A DNA stretch of 64,000 bases from Chthoniobacterales bacterium (GTDB lineage Bacteria > Verrucomicrobiota > Verrucomicrobiia > Chthoniobacterales > DASVRZ01): assembly GCA_038230215.1 (NCBI GenBank), contig JBBRNR010000002.1, positions 204,533 through 268,532 on the forward strand. Direction: 5' to 3'. This document shows, one piece after another, positions 31,322 through 39,384 of the stretch. Numbering within the stretch: position 1 is the stretch's first letter; each line of letters begins with the position of its first letter. A program made the position numbers and the translations under genes. A model generated the notes under the pieces. It was not told the DNA's origin. It searched no databases and saw only the letters and a program-made list of their open reading frames with translations.

Positions 31322-31339
31322 ACAAATTGCACAATTTGT
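31322..31339. promoter_or_regulatory. 18-bp perfect palindrome ACAAATTGCACAATTTGT, candidate operator in the divergent transposase / XRE-ImmA promoter region
   Basis: 8+2+8 dyad symmetry, 50 bp upstream of ATG 31389 and 62 bp upstream of the transposase start. Confidence 0.4.
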
Positions 31340-31388
31340 GTTTGACGGCTTTTCTCGCCCGTGTGATTCTCTCGGCGCACCCTTCCCC

Positions 31389-32543
31389 ATGATTGACGAT
31401 TATCTCCGATTCAAAACACCCGGCCAATTTATTCAGGCTATGATTGATCAGAACGATTGGACCCAGCGCGTAGTGGCGGTGATGCTCGAAGTTGAGGAGT
31501 CGCTACTCAATAGAATCATCAAGGGAAAAAAGTCCGTGAGCGCGGAATTGGCAATCAGGCTCTCTGAAGTATTCGGAGTTCCTGCTAAACATTTTCTCGA
31601 ACTGCAAAGTTCATTCGATCTGGCTCAGGCCGAGCTAATGGTGGTTCCAGATCCCGCAAGATTTACTCGCACCCAACTCTTCGGAAAACTTCCAGTTTCA
31701 GAAATGATTAAGCGAGGCTGGCTGGATGCGACGGATGTTAGGGACGTGCCAAAAGTAGAGGCTGCTTTAGTCAAGTTCTTCCGAGCTAAATCGCCTGAGG
31801 AAATTCTTCTTCCTCACGCAGCGAAGAAAACAAATGTTAATGCAGAGGCGACGCCCGTTCAGATGGCATGGCTGTTCAGAGTTAAGGAAATTGCCGAGGA
31901 AATGCTCGTGCCTCCTTATTCCGAGAGTGCGGTTCGCGCAGCAGTGCCAAAACTCAAGGAGTTGCTTATCTCTGGCGCAGCTATCAGGAAGGTTCCCCGC
32001 ATTCTGACTGAATGCGGTATTCGCTTTGTCATTGTAGAGGCTCTACCAAGCTCTAAAATTGATGGTGTTTGCTTTTGGATAGATGACACTCCCGTAATTG
32101 GAATGTCATTACGATATGACAGGATTGATAACTTCTGGTTCGTGCTCCGGCACGAGATAGAACATGCCATACAGCTACATGGCAGGGAATCAGCGATGTT
32201 AGATTTTGATCTTGAGGGGGAGCGGGCTGGAACCGGAACCACGGTTCCAGAAGAAGAACGCATAGCTAACGAAGCTGCTGCTGAGTTTTGCGTTCCCCAA
32301 AAATCTCTTCAAAATTTCATAGCTAGAAAATCACCGTTTTTCTATGAGCGAGATATTATCGGATTCGCTGCGACAATGCGCGTCCATCCCGGATTAGTTG
32401 CCGGACAACTGCGACGTAAGCTAGATGAGGCAGGGGTTAAAGGTGCTTACAGCCGTTTTACTAACCATTTGGTCAAAATAAGGTCAATCATTGCGCCTAG
32501 CGCAACAGTTGATGGTTGGGGCGACGTCGTCCCCGTTGGCTGA
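31389..32543 (+). CDS. HigA-like XRE helix-turn-helix fused to an ImmA/IrrE (COG2856) zinc metallopeptidase domain
   Basis: 384 aa from ATG 31389. HTH 'WTQRVVAVMLEVEESLLNRIIKGKKSVSAELAIRLSEVFGVPAKHFLELQ'. Peptidase motif 'FVLRHEIEHAIQ' (HExxH at 32151-32165). Confidence 0.85.
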   Translation: MIDDYLRFKTPGQFIQAMIDQNDWTQRVVAVMLEVEESLLNRIIKGKKSVSAELAIRLSEVFGVPAKHFLELQSSFDLAQAELMVVPDPARFTRTQLFGKLPVSEMIKRGWLDATDVRDVPKVEAALVKFFRAKSPEEILLPHAAKKTNVNAEATPVQMAWLFRVKEIAEEMLVPPYSESAVRAAVPKLKELLISGAAIRKVPRILTECGIRFVIVEALPSSKIDGVCFWIDDTPVIGMSLRYDRIDNFWFVLRHEIEHAIQLHGRESAMLDFDLEGERAGTGTTVPEEERIANEAAAEFCVPQKSLQNFIARKSPFFYERDIIGFAATMRVHPGLVAGQLRRKLDEAGVKGAYSRFTNHLVKIRSIIAPSATVDGWGDVVPVG

Positions 32544-32570
32544 AACAGAAACCACAATAAAAAAGTTACA

Positions 32571-33062
32571 ATGGCTACTAAACATAAAGAAATGCAGTTC
32601 ATTATTGAGGCATGGAAAAAGTCCACAGGGGCTACTGATATAGACATGCACAAGGTCGCTATTTTTGCGATTCAAGTTCACAACTGGCCAGCGCCAGCGC
32701 CGATCAGCGCTGAAGAGCGTCTTGCAAGAGAGTTTTCACAAGCGGCTCGCGAGGCAACGCGGCAAGACGGAAAAACAGGTCATGAATATCGGGTCTATCA
32801 CGCAGTAAAGGCCGATGGAAACGGGCAATCAGTATTCTGGGTCGATATTGACGAAGCTCCCCGCAAGCACATGGTAAAATCCACTTATGCTCGTCGCGAA
32901 CAAGTTGTTGGCGACATGGTGCAGCTAACGCTCGATCTAGATCACTGGAACAGAGTCAATCCGAATGAAGAGCCGATCATATTACAAACAGATGTAACTC
33001 CCGATGTTAATGAGAGATTGGCGTCTTCCAACGGGACGGCAGAATGTGAGGACGCAGCCTAA
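32571..33062 (+). CDS. Hypothetical protein (163 aa), no recognisable domain; passenger of the IS element
   Basis: ORF 27 bp downstream of the XRE-ImmA gene on the same strand. Its codon usage looks similar to its neighbours. I recognise no motifs. Confidence 0.5.
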   Translation: MATKHKEMQFIIEAWKKSTGATDIDMHKVAIFAIQVHNWPAPAPISAEERLAREFSQAAREATRQDGKTGHEYRVYHAVKADGNGQSVFWVDIDEAPRKHMVKSTYARREQVVGDMVQLTLDLDHWNRVNPNEEPIILQTDVTPDVNERLASSNGTAECEDAA

Positions 33063-33334
33063 CCTTTCTTCCAACGCGCTGCTGCCGCAGTGCTTGCTAT
33101 CTCAGCGCGTTGGCGGGGAGTTAGAGATTCTGCGCGTGCCTTACCGCCTTTAGCGCCGCCCCTGCGTCCCATCTCGCGCATAACCTCTTTGCGCACAGAC
33201 TCGTCGTTCAGCGCGTCGCTCACAGCGGAATTATTTTCTTCGGCTGGCTTTTCTCCGGTGAGCTTTGACACCAAATCAAATGCCACCTGGCTAAAATCAC
33301 GCTTCGGTTTCTTTGTGCTTGAGCGGCTAGGCAT
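33059..33334 (-). CDS. Small Lys/Arg-rich protein with C-terminal GGxKGGKARAxxLTPxQRxEIAxxAAxARW motif
   Basis: 91 aa from ATG 33334 (the track uses GTG 33349). 'GRRGGAKGGKARAESLTPRQRAEIASTAAAARW' is a motif I recall from small proteins on mobile elements. Convergent with the 163-aa ORF, and their stops overlap. Confidence 0.5.
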   Translation of the reverse strand: MPSRSSTKKPKRDFSQVAFDLVSKLTGEKPAEENNSAVSDALNDESVRKEVMREMGRRGGAKGGKARAESLTPRQRAEIASTAAAARWKKG

Positions 33335-33456
33335 CCGTGAATGTGTCACATTTCAAAACGCTCCGCAACAGTCGGCGCAGTTAACCCTTGTTCGGGATGA
33401 TCGTCACGTCTTTGAGGGAAAGAGTGCCTTTGTAAGCAGAGACCGGACGCATTAGT

Positions 33457-33627
33457 TCAGCAGAGATGTCGAAAAAGGTTTTCGCGATCCAACTTCAAAG
33501 CGGCTAACGCATCTTGATCGGTGGTGCTGAAGATTATGTATAATTCACCCTCGTGCTCTATTGAACGATGAGTACCTGTGATGGTCTGCTCTTCGCTGAT
33601 TTTGATTGATGCCAAAACGTCGTTCAT
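33457..33627 (-). CDS. Small hypothetical ORF (56 aa), below the track threshold
   Basis: My own translation: MNDVLASIKISEEQTITGTHRSIEHEGELYIIFSTTDQDALAALKLDRENLFRHLC*. Lies just inside the right IR, on the same strand as the 91-aa gene. Confidence 0.3.
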   Translation of the reverse strand: MNDVLASIKISEEQTITGTHRSIEHEGELYIIFSTTDQDALAALKLDRENLFRHLC

Positions 33628-33662
33628 CGAAACACCTTAGCCGGGGCGTTTTACCATAGCAA

Positions 33663-33680
33663 TTCAAACTGAGTCAGCAC
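33663..33680 (-). repeat. Terminal inverted repeat, right (TTCAAACTGAGTCAGCAC)
   Basis: Exact reverse complement of 30305-30322. Confidence 0.9.
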
Positions 33681-33681
33681 T

Positions 33682-33689
33682 AATAGAAT
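33682..33689. repeat. Right copy of the 8-bp direct repeat AATAGAAT
   Basis: Identical to 30296-30303. Confidence 0.65.
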
Positions 33690-33841
33690 ACAGAAGCCTG
33701 TCTGTCACGTTCTCCCAAGAAATTTTAAAATCAGGCACTTTCGTTCCACTCAACTCTCGACTGAGTTCCAACAAACGGAGTCGTTTTTCCTGCAACTTTT
33801 CTGAAGGCGCGGGTTTAAAACGAAGTTAGCATTCCTTTCCC

Positions 33842-35086
33842 ATGAGCAAATTCCCATTGATCGTTGCCACCGTCGCGGGCTGGACCCTGGCCGCCAGCTC
33901 CATCATTTACAACACCACTAAATCGCCATCCATTACGACCGCACCTGCCTCGGCAGATCATTCCAGTTCTGGACACAATTCACGCACCAGCGGCAGCCTG
34001 GCTAATAACAATTCAAATGCCAGCAGCCGGTTGCTCGATTCCCAAATCGACGCGCGGCATCTTACGGCCGACAATGCCCAGAAAATCGATGATCCAGCCC
34101 GACGGCGCGAGGCTTTTACGGAATTGGGAGGCTTGCTGGCGGCGGGCGACCTCAAGAAAGCTCTCGATATGGCGAGCAAACTTCCTGCTGGAGCGGATCG
34201 CCGCGCCATGTTGAGCGGGATTTTCGGTCAGCTCGCCACTGTCGATCCGAAAAGTGCCCTGAATGCCGCCAAGAGTCTCACCGACCCTGCGGACAAGCGT
34301 TTTGCCTTGAAAAGTCTTGCTATGGAATGGGCCTTCGCCAGTCCCGATGAAAAAGGCGACGGCACCCTTGGGACGTCCGCCGCAATGAGTGTGACCCTCG
34401 CTCTGGCGGACAAAAATCCCGCAGAGGCTGCCGCTTTTGCCCAGAATGAGATTGAGGGCCGTGAGCGGAGTTTCATGAACTTGGCGGTTGCCAAGAGTTG
34501 GACGAAAACCGATCCAGTCGCTGCCGCCACCTTCGCATCGCAACTTGCCGAGGGCGATGGTCGCCAATGGATCGTCACCAGCGTGGCGAATCAATGGGCC
34601 GACACCGACCCTGCGCACGCGGCGGCGTGGGTGGAAAAGTTTCCCGATGGCCGCGCGCGCAATCAGTCCATCGACCGCATTAGCAGCAAATGGGCGGAAA
34701 CCAATCCAGGTCAGGCCATTCAATGGGCCAAAAACCTTCCGGCGGACAGCGGCCAGGGAGATGCCTACCGCTCCATCGCAGGCACTTGGGCGGAGAAAGA
34801 TCCCGCGAAGGCGGTCGCCTGGGCCACGCAAATTTCTGACCCGAACTCGCAGAAATCAGCCGTTAGTTCGGCGATCGGTCGTTGGGCTTCTTCTGACAGC
34901 CAGGCGGCTACCACAGCCGCTCTCAACATTTCAAATCCGGACACGCAGCAAGCGGCCATTGTGGCGATTGGACACCGGATCGCCAGAGGCGATGCAAGCA
35001 TGGCCACCACCTGGGTAAATAATTTTCCAGCCGGTCCACTCCGCGACACAGCGGCAAAAAGCCTGAAGGAACGTGGCGGACGTTAA
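33842..35086 (+). CDS. Membrane-anchored or secreted alpha-solenoid repeat protein (WxxxDPxxAxxW repeats)
   Basis: 414 aa. N-terminal hydrophobic helix, low-complexity Ser/Asn linker, then at least 5 repeats of about 36 aa ('WTKTDPVAAATFASQL', 'WADTDPAHAAAWVEKF', 'WAETNPGQAIQWAKNL', 'WAEKDPAKAVAWATQI', 'WASSDSQAATTAALNI'). Confidence 0.6.
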   Translation: MSKFPLIVATVAGWTLAASSIIYNTTKSPSITTAPASADHSSSGHNSRTSGSLANNNSNASSRLLDSQIDARHLTADNAQKIDDPARRREAFTELGGLLAAGDLKKALDMASKLPAGADRRAMLSGIFGQLATVDPKSALNAAKSLTDPADKRFALKSLAMEWAFASPDEKGDGTLGTSAAMSVTLALADKNPAEAAAFAQNEIEGRERSFMNLAVAKSWTKTDPVAAATFASQLAEGDGRQWIVTSVANQWADTDPAHAAAWVEKFPDGRARNQSIDRISSKWAETNPGQAIQWAKNLPADSGQGDAYRSIAGTWAEKDPAKAVAWATQISDPNSQKSAVSSAIGRWASSDSQAATTAALNISNPDTQQAAIVAIGHRIARGDASMATTWVNNFPAGPLRDTAAKSLKERGGR

Positions 35087-35151
35087 ATAGGCACGAAGAT
35101 CGCGGGTCAGGGCCGATAATTACGGTTAGCAATCAACTGATTTCCAATAAG

Positions 35152-35724
35152 TTATAATTGATTTTCCACTAAATCTTTTAACCGCATCATCCCTCGTCTG
35201 ATACGGGCTTTTACCGTTCCCAAAGGCTGATCCAGCCGCGAGGCGATCTCGATTTGCGTGAGTCCGCCGAAGTAGGCCATCTCAATGGCTTCCCGCTGCT
35301 CTTGGGAGAGCTGCATGACTGCTGCACGAATAATTTTCCCCTTCTCCAACGAATCCACTTCGTCGGAGGAATCGCGCTGTCCGCTTGAGTTTTTGATCGC
35401 GGTCTCGGTCTCGACTTCATTACGGAGTCGGGCCCGGCGTTGGAGGGAACGCAGCCGGTCGATGGATTTATTACGGGTCAATGTCAACGCCCAAGTCAGC
35501 GGTTTACCGCGTTCGGGTACGTAGAAATGGGCCTTTTCCCAAATTTGAATAAACACGTCCTGGAGAATGTCCTCGGCCTCGCGCTGATCATTTAAAACGC
35601 GCAAAGCAGCGGTGAATAGAATGCCGCTGAACCGCTCGTAAAGAGCCTCGAAGCTGAGCCGATCCCCCTGCGCGATGCGACGAAGAAGCTCCATTTCGAG
35701 CAGTTGTTCGGGCGGGTTCTCCAT
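35152..35724 (-). CDS. ECF-type RNA polymerase sigma-70 family factor
   Basis: 190 aa from ATG 35724. Region 2 'DILQDVFIQIWEK'. Region 4 'EAIEMAYFGGLTQIEIASRLDQPLGTVKARIRRG'. Confidence 0.9.
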   Translation of the reverse strand: MENPPEQLLEMELLRRIAQGDRLSFEALYERFSGILFTAALRVLNDQREAEDILQDVFIQIWEKAHFYVPERGKPLTWALTLTRNKSIDRLRSLQRRARLRNEVETETAIKNSSGQRDSSDEVDSLEKGKIIRAAVMQLSQEQREAIEMAYFGGLTQIEIASRLDQPLGTVKARIRRGMMRLKDLVENQL

Positions 35725-35795
35725 TGAAAAAGAAAAGACCAGAGAACTATGTCTGGAAATTTTTTGCCAGCAAGGTTTATCGTTTTCGAACAAGC

Positions 35796-36779
35796 ATGGA
35801 AGAAACACCACGAAAGATATGTCTCCCGCGCTGGTTGCTGGTGCTGAATTTTCTTTTATTGGGAGGAATGCTCTGGCTGGTTATTGAGCGAAATTGGAAA
35901 TTCCATGAGCCAATACAGGGAATTCCGTCCGTAGTCGCCAAAGTTAATGGAAGGCTCCTGTATGCGGTTGATTTGTTATCTGCGGCTCAGGTGGATAGAC
36001 AGAAGCCGGACGCGGACCAACTGCGACTCGCCCTACGTCGGCTGATCCGAATGGAAGTCGTCTCGCAGCGAGTGATGAACCTGTCCATCGAGAAGGCAAA
36101 GATTGATAAAAGATGGGAAATCCAAAGTCATCAATTTCCAGATGCCGTCAGCTTGAAAACGGCCCTGAGGGCTGCTGGCTTGAGCGAAAACGATCTGCGC
36201 CAGCGTCTGGAAACCCAAATCCAGGCGGAAAGATGGCTGCGCGAGACGGCAAAAAGTGTTCCAACCATAGCCGAGTGTCGGGCTTGGTTCACAGCTCACC
36301 CAGAGATTACAACGTTGCCCGAGGTGGCTAAAGCGAGTCATTTCGCCGCAATTTTTCCTCCAAATGGCACTCCCGCTGAACTTCTGGAGAAAGTCGATCT
36401 GATCCGTGATGCCCAATCCCGACTGGCGGACGGAATCCCCTTTCCCCAGTTGATCGGCGCGTTGTCAGACGATCCGGCGAAAAAAGTCACTTACGGCTCG
36501 CTCTTTTGGTTTCGACGCGAACGCATGGAGTCCGCGCTGGCCAAGGCCGCCTTTGCACAGCCGCTCAATGAAATTGGCAAGCCGGTGGAAACGCGATTCG
36601 GGTTCCATTTGATTCTGGTTTCCGAGCGTCATCCCGCCGCTACGCTAACTTTTGAAGACGTGGCAGATGAAGTCCGCCAATATTGCTGCGACGAGCAGGA
36701 ACGGAAAAAAATTGAAGCTACTGTAACTGATCTCGTGCAACGTGCGAAGATCGAAATCCTCGACCCACATCTATTATGA
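35796..36779 (+). CDS. Membrane-anchored parvulin-type peptidyl-prolyl isomerase (SurA/PrsA-like)
   Basis: Starts at ATG 35796 (MEETPRK..., then a TM helix). PpiC domain 'ASHFAAIF ... FGFHLILVSERH'. Confidence 0.8.
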   Translation: MEETPRKICLPRWLLVLNFLLLGGMLWLVIERNWKFHEPIQGIPSVVAKVNGRLLYAVDLLSAAQVDRQKPDADQLRLALRRLIRMEVVSQRVMNLSIEKAKIDKRWEIQSHQFPDAVSLKTALRAAGLSENDLRQRLETQIQAERWLRETAKSVPTIAECRAWFTAHPEITTLPEVAKASHFAAIFPPNGTPAELLEKVDLIRDAQSRLADGIPFPQLIGALSDDPAKKVTYGSLFWFRRERMESALAKAAFAQPLNEIGKPVETRFGFHLILVSERHPAATLTFEDVADEVRQYCCDEQERKKIEATVTDLVQRAKIEILDPHLL

Positions 36780-37615
36780 GCATTCGCATCGGAATCATCG
36801 GTCTCGGCATCATCGGTAGCCGCGTCGCCGCACAACTCAGAAAACGCGGCCACGAAGTCTATGTCTGGAGTCGTTCACCTCGACCCGTACCGAATTTTCT
36901 CGGGTCTGCCGAGGAAGTGGCGAAAGCGTGCGACATCCTCCAGTTTTTCGTCTCAGACGACGCCGCGCTGCTGCAAGCCGTCCAATCTGTCGCCAGCGTT
37001 CTAACCAAAAAACACGTCCTGCTTTTCCATCCGACCGTCTCCCCGGAAACGACCAAACGTGTCGGCGGCATTGTTAATAGCTTCGGTGCGCAATTTCTCG
37101 ATTGCCCCTTTACAGGTAGCAAAATCGCGGCGGAAAATGGTGCGTTGGTTTACTATGTTGGCGGCGATCCCGCACTGATCGAGAAGATGACTCCCATCCT
37201 CCTCGACAGCGCGAAAACTGTCGTGCCGATCGGCGAAGTCGGACAGGCGGCAGTGATGAAAATCGCGGCTAACATGATGATCGCCGGCATGTTGCAAGTG
37301 CTTGGAGAAGCGCTGGCCGTGACCAGCGCCGCCGGAATTTCGCTGGAAAAAGTGCAGGAGGCGCTCGCCCCGAACGCGATTCGTTCCCCGCTGATTGATA
37401 TGAAACTCCCGTCCATTATCGCGGATGATTTTTCGCCGCATTTCACCGTGCAGCACATGATGAAAGATCTGCGGCACGCGGCGAGTTTGAGCCGTCCCAA
37501 GAACATCGCCACACCGGCGATCGATGCGGCGCTCGCGTCGCTACAACGCGCGGAAGCCGACGGAAAATCCGGCGAGGATTTCTCCATTCTAACCAAACTC
37601 GCCACGAAGTCCTGA
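36776..37615 (+). CDS. NAD(P)-dependent oxidoreductase (3-hydroxyisobutyrate / 6-phosphogluconate dehydrogenase-like)
   Basis: 279 aa. 'IGIIGLGIIGSRVA' Rossmann motif. The start overlaps the upstream stop. Confidence 0.8.
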   Translation: MSIRIGIIGLGIIGSRVAAQLRKRGHEVYVWSRSPRPVPNFLGSAEEVAKACDILQFFVSDDAALLQAVQSVASVLTKKHVLLFHPTVSPETTKRVGGIVNSFGAQFLDCPFTGSKIAAENGALVYYVGGDPALIEKMTPILLDSAKTVVPIGEVGQAAVMKIAANMMIAGMLQVLGEALAVTSAAGISLEKVQEALAPNAIRSPLIDMKLPSIIADDFSPHFTVQHMMKDLRHAASLSRPKNIATPAIDAALASLQRAEADGKSGEDFSILTKLATKS

Positions 37616-38421
37616 TGGAAGATTTTGCCATCGAGTTAGATCGTACTGTGCTGGAATTTCGCGGTGCGGACGTGGTGCGTTTTCTCAACGGCCAGCTCAG
37701 CAACGATGTTAGAAAACTCCAGTCTAACCTCGCAATGCACGCCTGCGTGATGACCGCCAAAGGCAAAATGAACGCAGAGGTCTGGCTGACAAAACTAGAC
37801 GATGGTATTCGCGTCGATGGTCCTCCTAACATGAGTGAGGAACTGTTCGCGCGCTTCGAGCGTTACATCATTTCCGACGATGTTAGCATTACGGATGTTA
37901 GCTCCGAGTTGCATCTGACTCACCTTGTCGGCGAGAGCACTCGAATCCAATCCAAACGCTTCGGCGTCTCCGGCTGCGACCTTTGGAAAACTGCCAAAAC
38001 TACCCACCCCCATCGCATTCTAACTCCGATGGAAGCCGAATCATTCCGCATCTCGCGGGGCGTCCCTCGTTGGGGCGCAGAACTCGACGAAAACACCCTG
38101 CCCAACGAAGCCGGACTCGACCGCGACTGCATCGACTACCATAAAGGTTGCTACATCGGGCAGGAAGTCATCAGCCGCATCAAGAGCGTTGGGCACGTCA
38201 ATCGCCTTCTCATTCGCATTACTGCCCCGAAAAATTCCGTCATCGGCGCTCGCACCCCACTCCTCGTTGACGGACAACTTATCGGCAGCGTCACCAGCGC
38301 GGCTGTCAGTTTGGACTTGGAAAACATCGTCGCACTTGCTTACGTCAAGCGCGCCCACTCCGCGCCCGGCACCGTCATCCAGACCGCCGGTGGAGAGAGC
38401 CTTACCGTCCAATCCTTATGA
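37615..38421 (+). CDS. ygfZ: Folate-binding YgfZ / aminomethyltransferase-family protein
   Basis: 268 aa. Signature 'HKGCYIGQEVISRIKS'. Confidence 0.8.
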   Translation: MEDFAIELDRTVLEFRGADVVRFLNGQLSNDVRKLQSNLAMHACVMTAKGKMNAEVWLTKLDDGIRVDGPPNMSEELFARFERYIISDDVSITDVSSELHLTHLVGESTRIQSKRFGVSGCDLWKTAKTTHPHRILTPMEAESFRISRGVPRWGAELDENTLPNEAGLDRDCIDYHKGCYIGQEVISRIKSVGHVNRLLIRITAPKNSVIGARTPLLVDGQLIGSVTSAAVSLDLENIVALAYVKRAHSAPGTVIQTAGGESLTVQSL

Positions 38422-38984
38422 AACTCGCCTCACTTTTTTTCCTTGCCCTGCTCACTGCTGCACCTGCCGCCGAAGTAGCCGTCCTGTCGATCCAGATTCC
38501 AAGCGAAAAAGTTCCTAAACAAGTTGTTATCGAGCTTTATCCCGAATCCGCCCCACTTACCGTCGCCAACTTCGAGAAACTCGCCCGCAAAAAATTCTAC
38601 CAGGGCATGGCCTTCCACCGCGCCATTCCGGGCCGGCTCGTCCAAATTGGCGATCCACTCAGCAAAAAGAAAAAACCAAATCTTCCCGTTGGCACCGGCG
38701 GACCGGGTTACGTCATTCCCGCAGAGATTAAACTCTCCCACGCTGCCGGTTCCGTGGCGATGGGTCGTTTGCCCAATAATATCAACCCAAACAAAGCCTC
38801 CAACGGCAGCCAATTCTACGTCTGCCTCGTCCCGGCTCCGACCTTGAACGGCGAATACACCGTCTTCGGAAAAGTCATTAGCGGCTTGGAAGTCCTCGAA
38901 GCCATCAGCCACGGCGAGACCGATTCGAATCAAACTCCGCTCAGCCGCTCCGTCATCCGTTCCATCAAAATCCAGCAACAGTAA
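38418..38984 (+). CDS. Cyclophilin-type peptidyl-prolyl isomerase, secreted
   Basis: 188 aa. Signal-like N-terminus. 'FHRAIPGRLVQIGD', 'NGSQFYV', 'YTVFGKV'. Confidence 0.9.
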   Translation: MKLASLFFLALLTAAPAAEVAVLSIQIPSEKVPKQVVIELYPESAPLTVANFEKLARKKFYQGMAFHRAIPGRLVQIGDPLSKKKKPNLPVGTGGPGYVIPAEIKLSHAAGSVAMGRLPNNINPNKASNGSQFYVCLVPAPTLNGEYTVFGKVISGLEVLEAISHGETDSNQTPLSRSVIRSIKIQQQ

Positions 38985-38999
38985 CGTCTTCCGCTGGAG

Positions 39000-39022
39000 T
39001 TCCATCCGAATGGAAGATTTTT
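39000..39022 (+). terminator. Weak intrinsic-terminator-like hairpin (TTCCAT-CCGA-ATGGAA followed by GATTTTT)
   Basis: 6-bp stem, 4-nt loop and a T5 tract, 16 bp after the cyclophilin stop. It overlaps the nominal ATG 39010 of the next ORF. Confidence 0.3.
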
Positions 39023-39384
39023 CCAAGGAAAACGCTGGCCGTGCGTTTCTTGGTAATGCTGGACGTTGCACGGCTTTTTCCTTAAAAAATCTGACGTTGC
39101 TTCCCTCGTATGATTCCTTTCCCGATCTTCCCAAGAGTCGACCGCAACTCCCGGCTTGGGCCTTCAGTCTGTCGGCCATCTTCATTTTGGCTGTCCTTTT
39201 CATCCCGCTCTACATCTGGTTTTTCTGCCGGGTGGAACCGATGGCCGACGAAATCGTGGTCCTCATTCGCAAGACCGAAAAAAATCCTGCGCAGGGTGCC
39301 GTTCTCGCGGCCAAGGATGAAAAAGGCATCCAACTCGATGTGCTGGCCGAGGGCCGCCATTTCCTGAATCCCTACATTTACTGA
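39010..39384 (+). pseudogene. 5' fragment of an SPFH/band-7 family gene, truncated by IS insertion
   Basis: TM helix, then 'IVVLIRKTEKNPAQGAVLAAKDEKGIQLDVLAEGRHFLNPYIY'. The ORF stops at a TGA (39382-39384) that is the first 3 nt of the IS3-type end. The start is uncertain. Confidence 0.55.

Larger units (their letters stand above)
30305..33680 (-). mobile_element. IS1-family (ISMhu11-like) insertion element with passenger genes, 3376 bp
   Basis: Perfect 18-bp terminal inverted repeats, flanking 8-bp direct repeats, and a DDE transposase whose ORF ends inside the left IR. Visibly AT-richer than the flanking housekeeping DNA. Confidence 0.75.
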
